From: Candidatus Hydrogenedentota bacterium
Lineage (GTDB): Bacteria > Hydrogenedentota > Hydrogenedentia > Hydrogenedentales > SLHB01
Direction: 5' to 3'
NCBI GenBank assembly: GCA_045863335.1
Contig: BTVY01000007.1
Coordinates: forward strand, 1-64,000
DNA length: 64,000 bases
Shown here: positions 1 through 9,376 of the stretch, one piece after another
How positions within the stretch are numbered: the first letter of the stretch is position 1
Layout of the letters: each line of letters starts with the position of its first letter
Notes under the pieces: generated by a model
The model's database searches: none
The model's input: the letters and a program-made list of their open reading frames with translations, nothing else
Told to the model about the DNA's origin: nothing
Made by a program: the position numbers and the translations under genes

Positions 1-48
1 GGCCTGTAAGGGACTTGCACCCTCAAGTGAACGCGCCCTGCCGGGCGC

Positions 49-87
49 ACAAAAACAAGCGCGCGGAGCCGGAGTGGCTCCGCGCGC
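49..87 (-). terminator. Rho-independent terminator of the Gfo/Idh/MocA gene
   Basis: 12-bp perfect stem GCGCGCGGAGCC/GGCTCCGCGCGC (59-87), followed on the minus strand by TTGTTTTTGT; about 20 nt after the stop codon. Confidence 0.8.
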
Positions 88-107
88 CGGGTACAACTTA
101 CGAGGTC

Positions 108-1451
108 TTACAGACTCCAACCCTGCCGGTAGTTCGTGCGCACGTACTGGTTGGCTTCCGGAACGTTGGTGACCTTCATGTTCGCGGAGTCCCACTCGAT
201 CTTCTGGCCGGAACGAATGGCCAGGTTGCCGAGCAGTACGATCTCCGTGAAGGGTCCCGCGTAGTCGAAGTTCGACGCGGACGGCTCGCCGGTCTTGGCG
301 GACTGAATCCAGTCCAGGTACGGGTCCTCGTCCTGGATGCGCGGGATGGTCGGCTCGGGCATGGTGTAGTCGGCCATGCGCGTATCGGGCAGCAGTCGCG
401 GTTTACCGCCGTAGGTGTTGCAGGTCATGTAGCCGGACTCGCCGATGAGCAAGGTGCCGTTGTCGCCTTCGCCCAACAGCGTGTCGGCGGGGAGATCGGC
501 GGGCATCTCAGGCAGGTTGCCGCCGTCGTGCCAGTACAGGGTCAGCGCCGGCATGTCTTCGCGCGGACCGAACTCGTACTTGAGCACCGACTTAATCGGC
601 GCGGTCTGATTGTTGTTGCCTTCCTGCGAAACGACCTCGACGCTGAGCGGGGAATTCAGTTTCAAGGCCCAGTTCGGCGGGTCCATGATGTGGCAGGCCA
701 TGTCGCCCAGGGCGCCGCAGCCGAAATCCCACCAGCCGCGCCATTTGAAGGGGCAGTAGCCGCTGTTGTACGGACGCTCCGGCGCGCCGCCCAACCACAG
801 ATCCCAGTCAAGGGTCGAAGGGACCTCTTCTGCCGGCAATGGATCCGGAATACCCTGCGGCCAGATGGGGCGGTTCGTCCAGCAGTGCGCTTCGCGGATG
901 GGGCCGATGGCGCCCGACCAGACCATCTCGCAGAACTGGCGCACGCCGTCGTGGCAGTGGCCCTGGTTACCCATCTGGGTCGCGACTTTGCACTTGCGCG
1001 CGGCTTCGGTCAGCATACGCGCTTCGTAAATATCCTTGGTGAGCGGCTTCTGCACATAGACGCCCTTGCCCATGTTCATGCAATGCATGGCGATGATGGC
1101 GTGCATGTGGTCCGGCGTGGAGACGGTGCAGAGGTCGATGTCCTTGCCCATCTTGTCCAGCATCACGCGGAAATCCTGGAACCGGGGCAGGTCCGGCATG
1201 CGCTCGAAGGACTGACGGCCGTTATTAAAGTCCACGTCGCAGAGCGCCACGATGTTGGCGTGTTTGCTGGCGCCGTCCACGTCGCTCGCGCCCTTGCCGC
1301 CGACGCCGATGCCGGCCACGTTCAACATTTCGTTCGGCGAACGCGTGCTGATTTTGCCGGGGGCTTTGCCCGTCGACGCGCAGCCCGCAATCACCGCCGC
1401 CGTCGAACTGGCGAGGAACATCCGTCGGGAAATCGTCGTATTCTTACTCAT
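108..1451 (-). CDS. Tat-exported Gfo/Idh/MocA family oxidoreductase
   Basis: SRRMFL twin-arginine signal, GIGVGGKG Rossmann motif, STPDHMH, YVQKPL, GALGDMACH; alternative start at 1457. Confidence 0.92.
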   Translation of the reverse strand: MSKNTTISRRMFLASSTAAVIAGCASTGKAPGKISTRSPNEMLNVAGIGVGGKGASDVDGASKHANIVALCDVDFNNGRQSFERMPDLPRFQDFRVMLDKMGKDIDLCTVSTPDHMHAIIAMHCMNMGKGVYVQKPLTKDIYEARMLTEAARKCKVATQMGNQGHCHDGVRQFCEMVWSGAIGPIREAHCWTNRPIWPQGIPDPLPAEEVPSTLDWDLWLGGAPERPYNSGYCPFKWRGWWDFGCGALGDMACHIMDPPNWALKLNSPLSVEVVSQEGNNNQTAPIKSVLKYEFGPREDMPALTLYWHDGGNLPEMPADLPADTLLGEGDNGTLLIGESGYMTCNTYGGKPRLLPDTRMADYTMPEPTIPRIQDEDPYLDWIQSAKTGEPSASNFDYAGPFTEIVLLGNLAIRSGQKIEWDSANMKVTNVPEANQYVRTNYRQGWSL

Positions 1452-1729
1452 CCTCATCCCTTTCTACATGTGGGTACGCACCGGTTGGGTCGCCGCCCCG
1501 CCGGAAGCGCATGCGCGGGAGAATTCCCCATGCGTTTCGGGCCGTGCTGGCGATCGAGTGCATTGTCCGGATCCGCCCAAACACCCTCCAGGCAAGATCC
1601 TTCGCGAGGATAGCGCAATTCCGGGACCGGGTCAATTTGGCAGCGCGTCAGTGCTTTCAAATTGTTCTAAGAACATGGCGGCACGAACAACAGCAGTCCG
1701 CGAATCCGTAATACTTAGGTGCGGTCAAG

Positions 1730-3994
1730 TTAGGTTTTCTTGTCGACAAGGCCACGCTGTTCCAACTCTCGAATCGCGTCGGGTTCGCCTTGAGTGGCCG
1801 CTTGGCGAAAGTACCGGATTGCCTCTTCCTCGTTCCGCTCTATTCCGACCCCATCCGCATAACAGCGCCCAAGATTGTAAGCGCCACGGTCCCAACCCAG
1901 ATTTGCAGATCTTCTGTAGTAATTAACGGCCAAATCAAGGTTGGATTGCACGCCAATTCCCTTCTCAAACAAATGCCCCAAATCGTTTAGAGCCCATCCG
2001 CCCCACCTATCGCTGTTTAAATCAACTGCCCTGTTGCATAAGTCAAATGCCCTTTGCGGATCCCTACTCACCAACTTGCCAGTTTCATAGATACGACTCA
2101 AGTAAAGAAGGGCCGGCGGAAAATCCAGTTCTGCACCTCGTTCAAAGAGATCTAGAGTTTCCCGTCCTTCCATTTGAGGATGCCCCAAGCGGGTATCCGT
2201 CTCGCTCAATCTGCTATACGCCACAGCAATCAGATGCTCCTGCAATCTAAAGTAGCTCTCATCGCGGAGGTATTCGGGGATCTGCGAAAAGCTCGGCTCG
2301 ACTGCGGACTCAAAATTTGGACCTACCCTTTGCCCCAAGATTTCGATGGCGCTTTTCAGAGCCTGAACATAGTGTCCGCGGGCAGCACGCAAATCCTCCT
2401 CAGAATCATCTCCGTGATAAAAGTAAACATGTCCCAACGTGACGTTGCCTATCAGATCTCCTTTATTCGCAGCTCTTCGTGCGAATTCCGATGTAGTTTT
2501 TAAGTCAGATGCAAGCAAATACAAAGCCAGAAGCGCCTCTGCACGCGCGTCACCATTTTTCGCCACATCTTCCAACCAAGCCCTTCGTTCAGGATAGTCC
2601 GACCCTAGAAGCGTCGGCAGGGCACACGCCAAGGTCAATTTGGCTTCCGTACTCCCGTCTTGGGCTGCCTTTCGAATGCGGGCTCCTCCACCATCAATAT
2701 CGACGGCCGTGCCAATACCGAAAATCTCGCAAATCCCGGCGACTAGCTGGGCATGGTGGTCTCCCTCGTCCGCTAGCGCAAGGTACTTTCGAAATTCCTG
2801 TTCGTGGCTCAAGGCCGCGATAACGGGTTGCCCTACGGATTCGAGTTGAATACTTCGCGTTTGCCCGTCCCTATAGACCGTGAACGAAAATGTTTGTCCA
2901 GGGTTATTTGGAAAGAGAGCTAAGAAGGCCTCGACAGGAAGGTTAAGCGTCGACTGGCCATTTACCTCAACGATAAGGTCCGAGTTTGCGATTCCAGCTT
3001 TCTCAGCCGCCGAGCCTTCTTGTACTTGAGCGACGAAAGGTACTATGGTGTTCCCGTCGCTGGTGTACAGCAGAATTCGCACTCCAAGTTCTTGAACATT
3101 AGGGAGCATCGGGTAGTGTTCGGACGAATAACTACATGTTGGAAGGTCCCCTAACATGCGCCAGAATAGTTGCTGTGTTGCAACGCGAACATCGGAGTTG
3201 TTCGAACAGCCGATCCCGGATGCTGACCACATAGCTTGTTTCGTTTGTGCGTCAAATACTGTTATTGTCGCGGCAGGATAGTACTCGCCCGTGTAATAGC
3301 CGGGCGTTGTGAAACTATATGTAGCCCAGGTGCCCGGGGTCTGGGTAGTTGTGACGCTCGAACCGCCAAAGTAACCGCTTCCGCTATACGTACCGTATCC
3401 CCACGCATAATTGCCCGTGCTTGACCGCGCGTAGGCATCCACGGTTCCTGACCAGCTCGATCTGTAGGAATCGTACGTTCTTGTCGTCAACGTCTCACCG
3501 GGAATGTGGTACGGAATGCTAATAGTACTTGGCGGTACGTATCGTTCTCGATAAGGATTCGAAGCGTCGAGTGTGACAAGCAGATCGGGCTCCTGACCCG
3601 TGTCTGCCCATCGGTAGCCTCTAAGCTGACAGAGTGATCCAACCAACGAGAGCAACTGTCTCTCTACGATTTCATTTCTTAGCTCGAAGTCGTCAGAAAA
3701 CGTAGAGATCGGGACCATAGCGAAAGTACGATATCCCGCTGTAACATAAGCTGGGTCGGTGTTGACCTGCACTTTGGGCTCGTTCAAAAGATCCGCTGCA
3801 GCAAGATTATTGGGGGTGGTGGTACAGCCAGCGAACACGTATAGCCACAGTGCGATGAGAACTACACCACACAGGATGCTTCGCAGCGTGCCTGACGGAC
3901 ACGATGCGCATCCCAAAGTCCGACTGGTTCGAAGATAGCCGAACGGGAAGGATATCTTCGCTGATGGCCTGACCGAGAAAACGGTAATAAACAT
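1730..3994 (-). CDS. putative lipoprotein: DUF4136-like domain + PDZ + Sel1-like repeats
   Basis: GGAGG RBS; FAGC lipobox-like; PDZ motif VQEGSAAEKAGIANSDLIVEVNG; C-terminal Sel1 repeats (LGHLFEKGIGV, LGRCYADGVGI). Confidence 0.75.
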   Translation of the reverse strand: MFITVFSVRPSAKISFPFGYLRTSRTLGCASCPSGTLRSILCGVVLIALWLYVFAGCTTTPNNLAAADLLNEPKVQVNTDPAYVTAGYRTFAMVPISTFSDDFELRNEIVERQLLSLVGSLCQLRGYRWADTGQEPDLLVTLDASNPYRERYVPPSTISIPYHIPGETLTTRTYDSYRSSWSGTVDAYARSSTGNYAWGYGTYSGSGYFGGSSVTTTQTPGTWATYSFTTPGYYTGEYYPAATITVFDAQTKQAMWSASGIGCSNNSDVRVATQQLFWRMLGDLPTCSYSSEHYPMLPNVQELGVRILLYTSDGNTIVPFVAQVQEGSAAEKAGIANSDLIVEVNGQSTLNLPVEAFLALFPNNPGQTFSFTVYRDGQTRSIQLESVGQPVIAALSHEQEFRKYLALADEGDHHAQLVAGICEIFGIGTAVDIDGGGARIRKAAQDGSTEAKLTLACALPTLLGSDYPERRAWLEDVAKNGDARAEALLALYLLASDLKTTSEFARRAANKGDLIGNVTLGHVYFYHGDDSEEDLRAARGHYVQALKSAIEILGQRVGPNFESAVEPSFSQIPEYLRDESYFRLQEHLIAVAYSRLSETDTRLGHPQMEGRETLDLFERGAELDFPPALLYLSRIYETGKLVSRDPQRAFDLCNRAVDLNSDRWGGWALNDLGHLFEKGIGVQSNLDLAVNYYRRSANLGWDRGAYNLGRCYADGVGIERNEEEAIRYFRQAATQGEPDAIRELEQRGLVDKKT

Positions 3995-4151
3995 GGTTGA
4001 GGTCCTCCACCATCAATCAATAGTCAATTCTCAGAATACGGCGCGCAGACACAACACCTTTTGATACTAGCGCATATAGCTCGAACCCGCAACGGGGAGG
4101 GCTAGCGAGAGCAAAACTGGTTGCTCACTTCACTAAGGCGGTGTGTAATTT

Positions 4152-4238
4152 TCATGTTGGGGTCAGATGGGTCTGAAGTCCGGCTCGACAAAAGTGAGCG
4201 GCCACAAAAGAGGTATCAAGAAAAACTTCGCCGCTCAT
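4152..4238 (-). pseudogene. truncated VapC/PIN toxin remnant
   Basis: ATGA overlap with the antitoxin stop; translates MSGEVFLDTSFVAAHF..., a typical PIN N-terminus (VFLDTS), then stops after 28 aa. Confidence 0.65.
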
Positions 4239-4471
4239 TTGGAGTCGTGAGTATCCCCGTAGAGGTATGCGTCCAGGTTCTCCGCCCAATCGCGGGGTCC
4301 CTCAAGGTTAAGGGAGCGCGCAGTACGCAGGAAGGATCCTCTATTCTCGTCGCTGCCGGAGCGTTCCACGGACTCAACCGTAATACGGACCCGCGTGTTC
4401 GGCTTCAATACCAGCGGCGATTCCGGGTGTAGAACCTTGCCGTCGTATGTTGCCTCAAATGTTTCACCCAT
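4235..4471 (-). CDS. AF2212-like (DUF104) antitoxin family protein
   Basis: EATYDGKVLHPESPLVLKPNTRVRITVE and C-terminal GPRDWAENLDAYLYG. Confidence 0.8.
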   Translation of the reverse strand: MGETFEATYDGKVLHPESPLVLKPNTRVRITVESVERSGSDENRGSFLRTARSLNLEGPRDWAENLDAYLYGDTHDSK

Positions 4472-4536
4472 TTGAAAAGCCCTCACGATTGCTTCCAACA
4501 AGTATACCAGATTCGTAAACGTCGCGTTGGAGCCAC

Positions 4537-5709
4537 TTACCCGCCTTGGATCTCAAACAGGATCTTTTCGCCGTCCCAGAACAGATACAGGGCACCGGCG
4601 TCGGCGATGATGAGTTGATAGTAGCGTTCGTCCCAGGCGGAGGCGTACGGTTCCGCTCGGCCCACGTAGGGATATGGCTTCTCCATGTCAGCGAAATCGG
4701 TTTGCAGTTGGCCGATGAAGTGCGGTCCGCCGGGTTGGCCCCATTGCTTGCCCCAGTCCGTGAAGGAATGGCCCTGTTCCCACACGGGCACACCGCCCAG
4801 CTTGGTACCGTCCAGAACGGCGGGGGGACTGTAGTGAACATCCCAGGGTGCGGCGGGACTGGCAGCCTTTGCTTTCCACGCATCGGAGTCCACAAAGGTG
4901 ACATTCTTCTCATGGTCAAGCTGATCGAGGATCGGCTTTAGAAATCCGGGCAATTCGGTTTTCTCATTGGGATCGCGCGTCCGTTGGTGTTCCTGCTTGG
5001 CCTTTTTCGCAAACGCCTCCTTTTCCTCGCAATAGGCCTCGTATAGATCCTGATGATCCGAACTCCGCACAATCTGTCCGTGCAGGGGCCGAAGGTAAAA
5101 AGGCAGGTCCGGGGCTTCCTCTCGCGCACGGATGTCCTTCGGACCGTATTGTGCTGTATCAACCCACACGAACGCGTAGTGATCCTCCAGGTAATACTGG
5201 GTCGGCCCAGGTTTCGGTGGCTCGTTTTTCCGCATCACCGAACGTATCTTCTGGAGTGGATTCTTCCATGACTCCTTTCGGCGTACTCGGGGCCGGGACT
5301 CGTACCCGACCGTATCGCAGAATATGAGCAGCAAATCGCCCGGTAACTTGGGCAGGATATCCGTCGAATCCGCGAGATTGAACTGCGCGATAAATTCCTT
5401 GGGCGCGCCGTCGTCCGAAGTGGGCCAGTCGATGGCGCGGGGCAGGTAGGGCATCCCGCCGATCCGGGTGCCCGCCGGATTCTCGCCTTCGCCCAAAGCC
5501 CACACGAACAGATCGGTTGGCACCCCCATTACCGGGTCCAACTCCGGCCACAGCTCTTTGCGGATGTGCGCGTTCAACGCCATCGAACGCGGGCTCGCAA
5601 TCCGGCCGCGGTAGTACTTGTCGATCGTGGGATGCCGGCCCTCACCAATCCCCGACGCGGGAAACTGCTTGCACCAGTACTCCACATCGAACTGCGGATT
5701 CGATGGCAT
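4537..5709 (-). CDS. YwqG/DUF1963 family protein
   Basis: TRIGGMPYLPRAIDWP, FIAQFNLAD, TKLGGVPVWEQ, IADAGALYLF. Confidence 0.75.
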   Translation of the reverse strand: MPSNPQFDVEYWCKQFPASGIGEGRHPTIDKYYRGRIASPRSMALNAHIRKELWPELDPVMGVPTDLFVWALGEGENPAGTRIGGMPYLPRAIDWPTSDDGAPKEFIAQFNLADSTDILPKLPGDLLLIFCDTVGYESRPRVRRKESWKNPLQKIRSVMRKNEPPKPGPTQYYLEDHYAFVWVDTAQYGPKDIRAREEAPDLPFYLRPLHGQIVRSSDHQDLYEAYCEEKEAFAKKAKQEHQRTRDPNEKTELPGFLKPILDQLDHEKNVTFVDSDAWKAKAASPAAPWDVHYSPPAVLDGTKLGGVPVWEQGHSFTDWGKQWGQPGGPHFIGQLQTDFADMEKPYPYVGRAEPYASAWDERYYQLIIADAGALYLFWDGEKILFEIQGG

Positions 5710-5883
5710 GTGATCTCCCTATGGGGTTCGTGTGATGCGTCGTATTGCTTTTAAACGATCGTGGCTAATTTTGTTTGCAGCCCATACCAGAATCGTCGGC
5801 GCCAGCATACACAACGATTGCCATATCTCCAACCACAACCGCGCCGACGAACTACCGGCACTTGCTAACTCCGCTCTATCTTT

Positions 5884-6106
5884 TGGCCTGAAGGGCCAAG
5901 ATACCAGCAGCCCAGGGTTGCGGAGCGAAGCGGAGCTACCCTGGGACCAAGCGCCCTCCGAAATCGCTACCCTGAAAGGGTTGAACAGGGCCATCTCGAT
6001 TGCGCATCCCTTACAGGGAAAGAGCAATGGGAGATGAACGTGACCCCGGCTAGGCCTCGCGTCGCTTCGGCCAAGCCGGGGCTGTGAGTATGTAGGCCTT
6101 TCAGGC
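5884..6106. repeat. REP-like palindrome cluster
   Basis: Hairpins TGGCCTGAAGGGCCA, CCCAGGGT..ACCCTGGG, ACCCTGAAAGGGT, CCCCGGCT..AGCCGGGG, GGCCTTTCAGGCC. Confidence 0.65.
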
Positions 6107-6294
6107 CATTATGGCGACTTGGCGTCGCCGCGTGCTGGGGGGTTCATTGCCGCGGGTCATAGCGAGACGAATACACCGTGCGCCTCCTTCCCGAAACCTA
6201 CGCGTGACGTCATTCTTAACGAAGGACCGCGCCACAAGCGTGGCGAAACGAGAGTGAACATTCATGCGCGGCAGCGTCGCCCTCTATTGTCGAA

Positions 6295-6368
6295 ATCGGG
6301 ATCGGGATCGGTATCGAAGAGGAAAGCGCAAAAGCGTTTTCGATCCCGATCCCGATATCGATCCCGAT
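6295..6368. repeat. inverted hexamer-repeat element (ATCGGG)n...(CCCGAT)n
   Basis: ATCGGGATCGGGATCGGTATCGA followed by the complementary TCGATCCCGATCCCGATATCGATCCCGAT. Confidence 0.7.
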
Positions 6369-6411
6369 GGCGACAAACCACGGCTATTGACACGGAACGA
6401 CTAACGGACTA

Positions 6412-6491
6412 TGTCCTTAGCAATGACGTGAAGAATCTCGATCTCCCAAGGGTCCTCGGAACGTGAGATTCTTCACTCTGTTCGGAATGAC
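6412..6491. repeat. palindromic intergenic repeat
   Basis: 12-bp perfect inverted repeat GTGAAGAATCTC (6428-6439) / GAGATTCTTCAC (6465-6476) with imperfect outer arms. Confidence 0.65.
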
Positions 6492-6596
6492 GGGTTTCAT
6501 TTTGACCGCGAGAGCGTATACGGCATTGATAATCACCGCGCTTCCTCCCTATTTCGCCAGGCTGGTGCCTGGCGCTCCCACCCGGCGCTCCCGCGT

Positions 6597-7814
6597 TTAC
6601 TTCTGCGGCGTGCGTTTGATTTCGGTGACGTCTTTGCGGATCACTTCGCCGGGGTAGGAGAAGGTGTCGGGCCAGAATTTGCGGCCGGGATAGATGGCGG
6701 TGTTGATGCCGGTGTGGACGTGGTCGCCGAAGATGGCTCCGAACTTGATCCGGCCGGTGTCGATGCGTTCGCCTTTGACGGTGGAGGGGATGGTCCCCGC
6801 GTCGTGGCGGAAATTGGCAGTGATGGTGCCCGCGCCGAGGTTGGTCTTTGCGCCGACGACGCTGTCGCCCACATAGCTGAGGTGGGGCACGGCGGCGCCG
6901 TCGAAGAGAATGGAGTTCTTGATCTCGACGGCGTGGCCCACTTTGCAGTGGTCGCCGATGGTGGTGCCGGGGCGAATCCAGGCGTTGGGTCCGACGGTCG
7001 CGCCGGGGCCGATGTAGACGGGCCCGTCGATGACCACGCCGGACCGCACGACGGCGCCGGGCGCCACGTAGACGCGGCCGTTGAGGTGCGCGGCGGGGCT
7101 GACCTCGCCTTCGATCCTGGATTCCAGGTGGTGTTCGAGCATGTACTCGTTCGCGTCGAGCAGGTGCCACGGATACCCGATGGGCAGCCAGTAGCCTTCC
7201 ATTTCGATGACGCGAAAGGCGCCTTGTCCGGCGATCGTTTGCACGGCGCTCGTGATTTCGATCTCGCCACGCTCGGACTTCGCCGTGCTGCGCAACACGT
7301 CGAGCACGTTCGCGTCGAACTTATACGCGCCCACGTTCGCGAGATGGGAGAAGATGTCGGTGGGCTTTTCAACGATGCGTTTTGCGTTGCCCTTCGCGTC
7401 GACTTCGTAGATGCCGTACAGGCTCGGATCGTCGACGAACTTCGCCAACGCGCCCTGCTCACACGCGGCGAGGCGTTTCAGGTCGCGGGGATCGTAGAGG
7501 TCGTCACCGTTCATGGCGATGAAGGCACCGCGGATGTGGTCCGCGCATTGCAGCACGGCGTGGCCCGTGCCCAGCGGGTCTTCCTGATCGACGTAGCGCA
7601 ATGCGATGTCTTCGAAGCGGTCGCCGAAGGCCTCGACGATCATCTCTTTCCGGTAATGGACGACGACGATGACCTCGTCGACGAGGCCGCGCAAGGACTG
7701 CAACTGGTGTTCGAGAATGGTCTTGTTCGCTATCTTCAACAGCGGCTTCGGGCGCGTGAGCGTGAGCGGATAGGTGCGCGTCGATTTGCCCGCCGCCATG
7801 ATAACTGCCTGCAT
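6597..7814 (-). CDS. archaeal-type GlmU-like bifunctional sugar-1-phosphate nucleotidylyltransferase/acetyltransferase
   Basis: AVIMAAGKSTRTYPLT..RPKPLL, EDPLGTGHA, VEKP, hexapeptide repeats, HLSYVGDS, NLGAGTITAN; start trimmed to MQAVIM. Confidence 0.88.
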   Translation of the reverse strand: MQAVIMAAGKSTRTYPLTLTRPKPLLKIANKTILEHQLQSLRGLVDEVIVVVHYRKEMIVEAFGDRFEDIALRYVDQEDPLGTGHAVLQCADHIRGAFIAMNGDDLYDPRDLKRLAACEQGALAKFVDDPSLYGIYEVDAKGNAKRIVEKPTDIFSHLANVGAYKFDANVLDVLRSTAKSERGEIEITSAVQTIAGQGAFRVIEMEGYWLPIGYPWHLLDANEYMLEHHLESRIEGEVSPAAHLNGRVYVAPGAVVRSGVVIDGPVYIGPGATVGPNAWIRPGTTIGDHCKVGHAVEIKNSILFDGAAVPHLSYVGDSVVGAKTNLGAGTITANFRHDAGTIPSTVKGERIDTGRIKFGAIFGDHVHTGINTAIYPGRKFWPDTFSYPGEVIRKDVTEIKRTPQK

Positions 7815-7875
7815 GATCGGTCTCCCTTGATATTCGGCGGATGGTACCGCAAGACGCCGTGCAGCGGCAAATGGA

Positions 7876-8637
7876 TCAGGTAGAAAACAGCGCGGCGGCG
7901 TTGCCGCGGGCGATGGCTTCGCGCTGCCCGGCGGTGAGATCGGCGCATTGGAGTTTGTCGACGTTGGCTCGGGGATGGTAGAGCGGCGCGTTCGTGCCGA
8001 AGAGAATGTGTTCGACGCCGTAGGTCTCGACGGCGTGTTCGAGATCGCCGAGACGTTCGTAGTTGGATATGTCGAACCACAGGTTTTTCGGCCATGGCGA
8101 ATGAATGCGCTCGACCTGGCCATACTTGATCCCGAGCGCGACGACCTTCAACGACGGATGACGGCCGGCGAATACGCCGACGCTTTCGGCGGGGATGTCC
8201 TCCACGATCAAGCGCCGGAATTGACGACGAGGATCTTCCAGCCCGACTTGCACGAGCACCGGAACCTTGCGCGCGGCGCAGCATTCGACGAGCGCAAGCA
8301 AATCGGGATTCTCCGCATCGTCGAGGGTGAAGCGGTGATAGTTCGGATAGAGGACCAGCCCCGCCATGCCGAAGTCGTCGAGGCATCGCTTCAGGTCGTC
8401 CAGCCATCCCGCCAGGTTCGGCCGAAGCACGGCCAGGGGAATCAGCCGATCGCCATGGTTCTGCGCGATGCTGCGCAGTTCGTCGTTGCCGTCTTGCGGA
8501 TTGTAGTAATGAACCGAATGGAGGGACGACACGGCAGCGCGTTCGATGCCGAACTGGTCCATGTTACGCAGGAGGTCGTCGAGTCCCCCCACGGGACGGT
8601 AGGGCCAATGCCCGATCTTGGCGTTTACATCAAACAC
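7876..8637 (-). CDS. amidohydrolase_2 family protein (degenerate metal site)
   Basis: TIM-barrel amidohydrolase pattern with ILFGTNAP; DVNAK in place of the DxHxH motif. Confidence 0.78.
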   Translation of the reverse strand: MFDVNAKIGHWPYRPVGGLDDLLRNMDQFGIERAAVSSLHSVHYYNPQDGNDELRSIAQNHGDRLIPLAVLRPNLAGWLDDLKRCLDDFGMAGLVLYPNYHRFTLDDAENPDLLALVECCAARKVPVLVQVGLEDPRRQFRRLIVEDIPAESVGVFAGRHPSLKVVALGIKYGQVERIHSPWPKNLWFDISNYERLGDLEHAVETYGVEHILFGTNAPLYHPRANVDKLQCADLTAGQREAIARGNAAALFST

Positions 8638-9376
8638 GGAGCCAACGCCTCACGTTTTCGCCGAGAATCATCTTCTGTTCGGCCTCCGGCAGCCCCGCGT
8701 TCAATACCTTGCTCATCTGCACGGCAATGCTCCGGCCCGGTGCGTCCGACCCGAAGAAGATGCGTTCCGGCCCCAAATGTTTCCGGAGACACTGCACGAT
8801 GCCGTCTTCCGGTTCGCCGCCGGAAATGTCGATCGCGAGGTTGGGCACGTTCGACACAACGCGGGCCGCCTCTTCCCAGCGTCCGCCGCAATGGGCCATC
8901 CAGAGTTTCAGCTCCGGATAGCGCGCGCCCAGGTTGGCGACGTGACGCGAGGTGGATTCCTTGGCCAGGTTGCCGGTGGCTTTCAGCCAGGCGTGGGCCA
9001 TGACGGGCACATCCAATTCGATGGCGCGTTCAACGATGGGCGCGAGGCGGGTGTCGTCGGCGAACTGGGAAATCCAGAGTTTCACGACGCGGCTCGGTCC
9101 GTCGATAATCTCGCGGTCGATGAGCTTCAGGGACGTGTCGATATGGTCGGCGCTGACATAGGTGAAGCCAATGAACCGGTCCGGATGCTTTTCGCAGGCG
9201 GTGCGCACGTCCGCGGCCGCTTCCTCCAACTGGAGCACCGTCGGGAACTCGACCCACTTGCGGGACAAGGAGCAGACGCACAGCTTGTCGATCCCGCTGC
9301 GGTCAGCCGCCTTCAGAATAGCCGCAAGATGGGCGTCTTCAGCGTTGAGTATATGGACATGACAATCGATGATCAT
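8630..9376 (-). CDS. amidohydrolase_2 family metal-dependent hydrolase
   Basis: IIDCHVH, MAHCGG, IFFGSDAP, ILGENVRR. Confidence 0.88.
   Translation of the reverse strand: MIIDCHVHILNAEDAHLAAILKAADRSGIDKLCVCSLSRKWVEFPTVLQLEEAAADVRTACEKHPDRFIGFTYVSADHIDTSLKLIDREIIDGPSRVVKLWISQFADDTRLAPIVERAIELDVPVMAHAWLKATGNLAKESTSRHVANLGARYPELKLWMAHCGGRWEEAARVVSNVPNLAIDISGGEPEDGIVQCLRKHLGPERIFFGSDAPGRSIAVQMSKVLNAGLPEAEQKMILGENVRRWLRV

Noticed and set aside
15-1613. 532-aa plus-strand ORF and other long antisense ORFs (6714-7883, 24119-25396, 40378-41718, 44323-45408, 49940-51709, 61107-62462)
   Set aside because: Shadow frames opposite well-supported genes in high-GC DNA, with no recognisable motifs
5719-6466. 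Short ORFs in the intergenic gap
   Set aside because: They run through palindromic repeats and show no protein-family features
7815-8123. N-terminal extensions in the ORF track (also for the ORFs at 17409, 25267, 42285, 44020, 52297 and 55274)
   Set aside because: They overlap neighbouring genes, repeats or promoters; family motifs and RBSs support downstream starts
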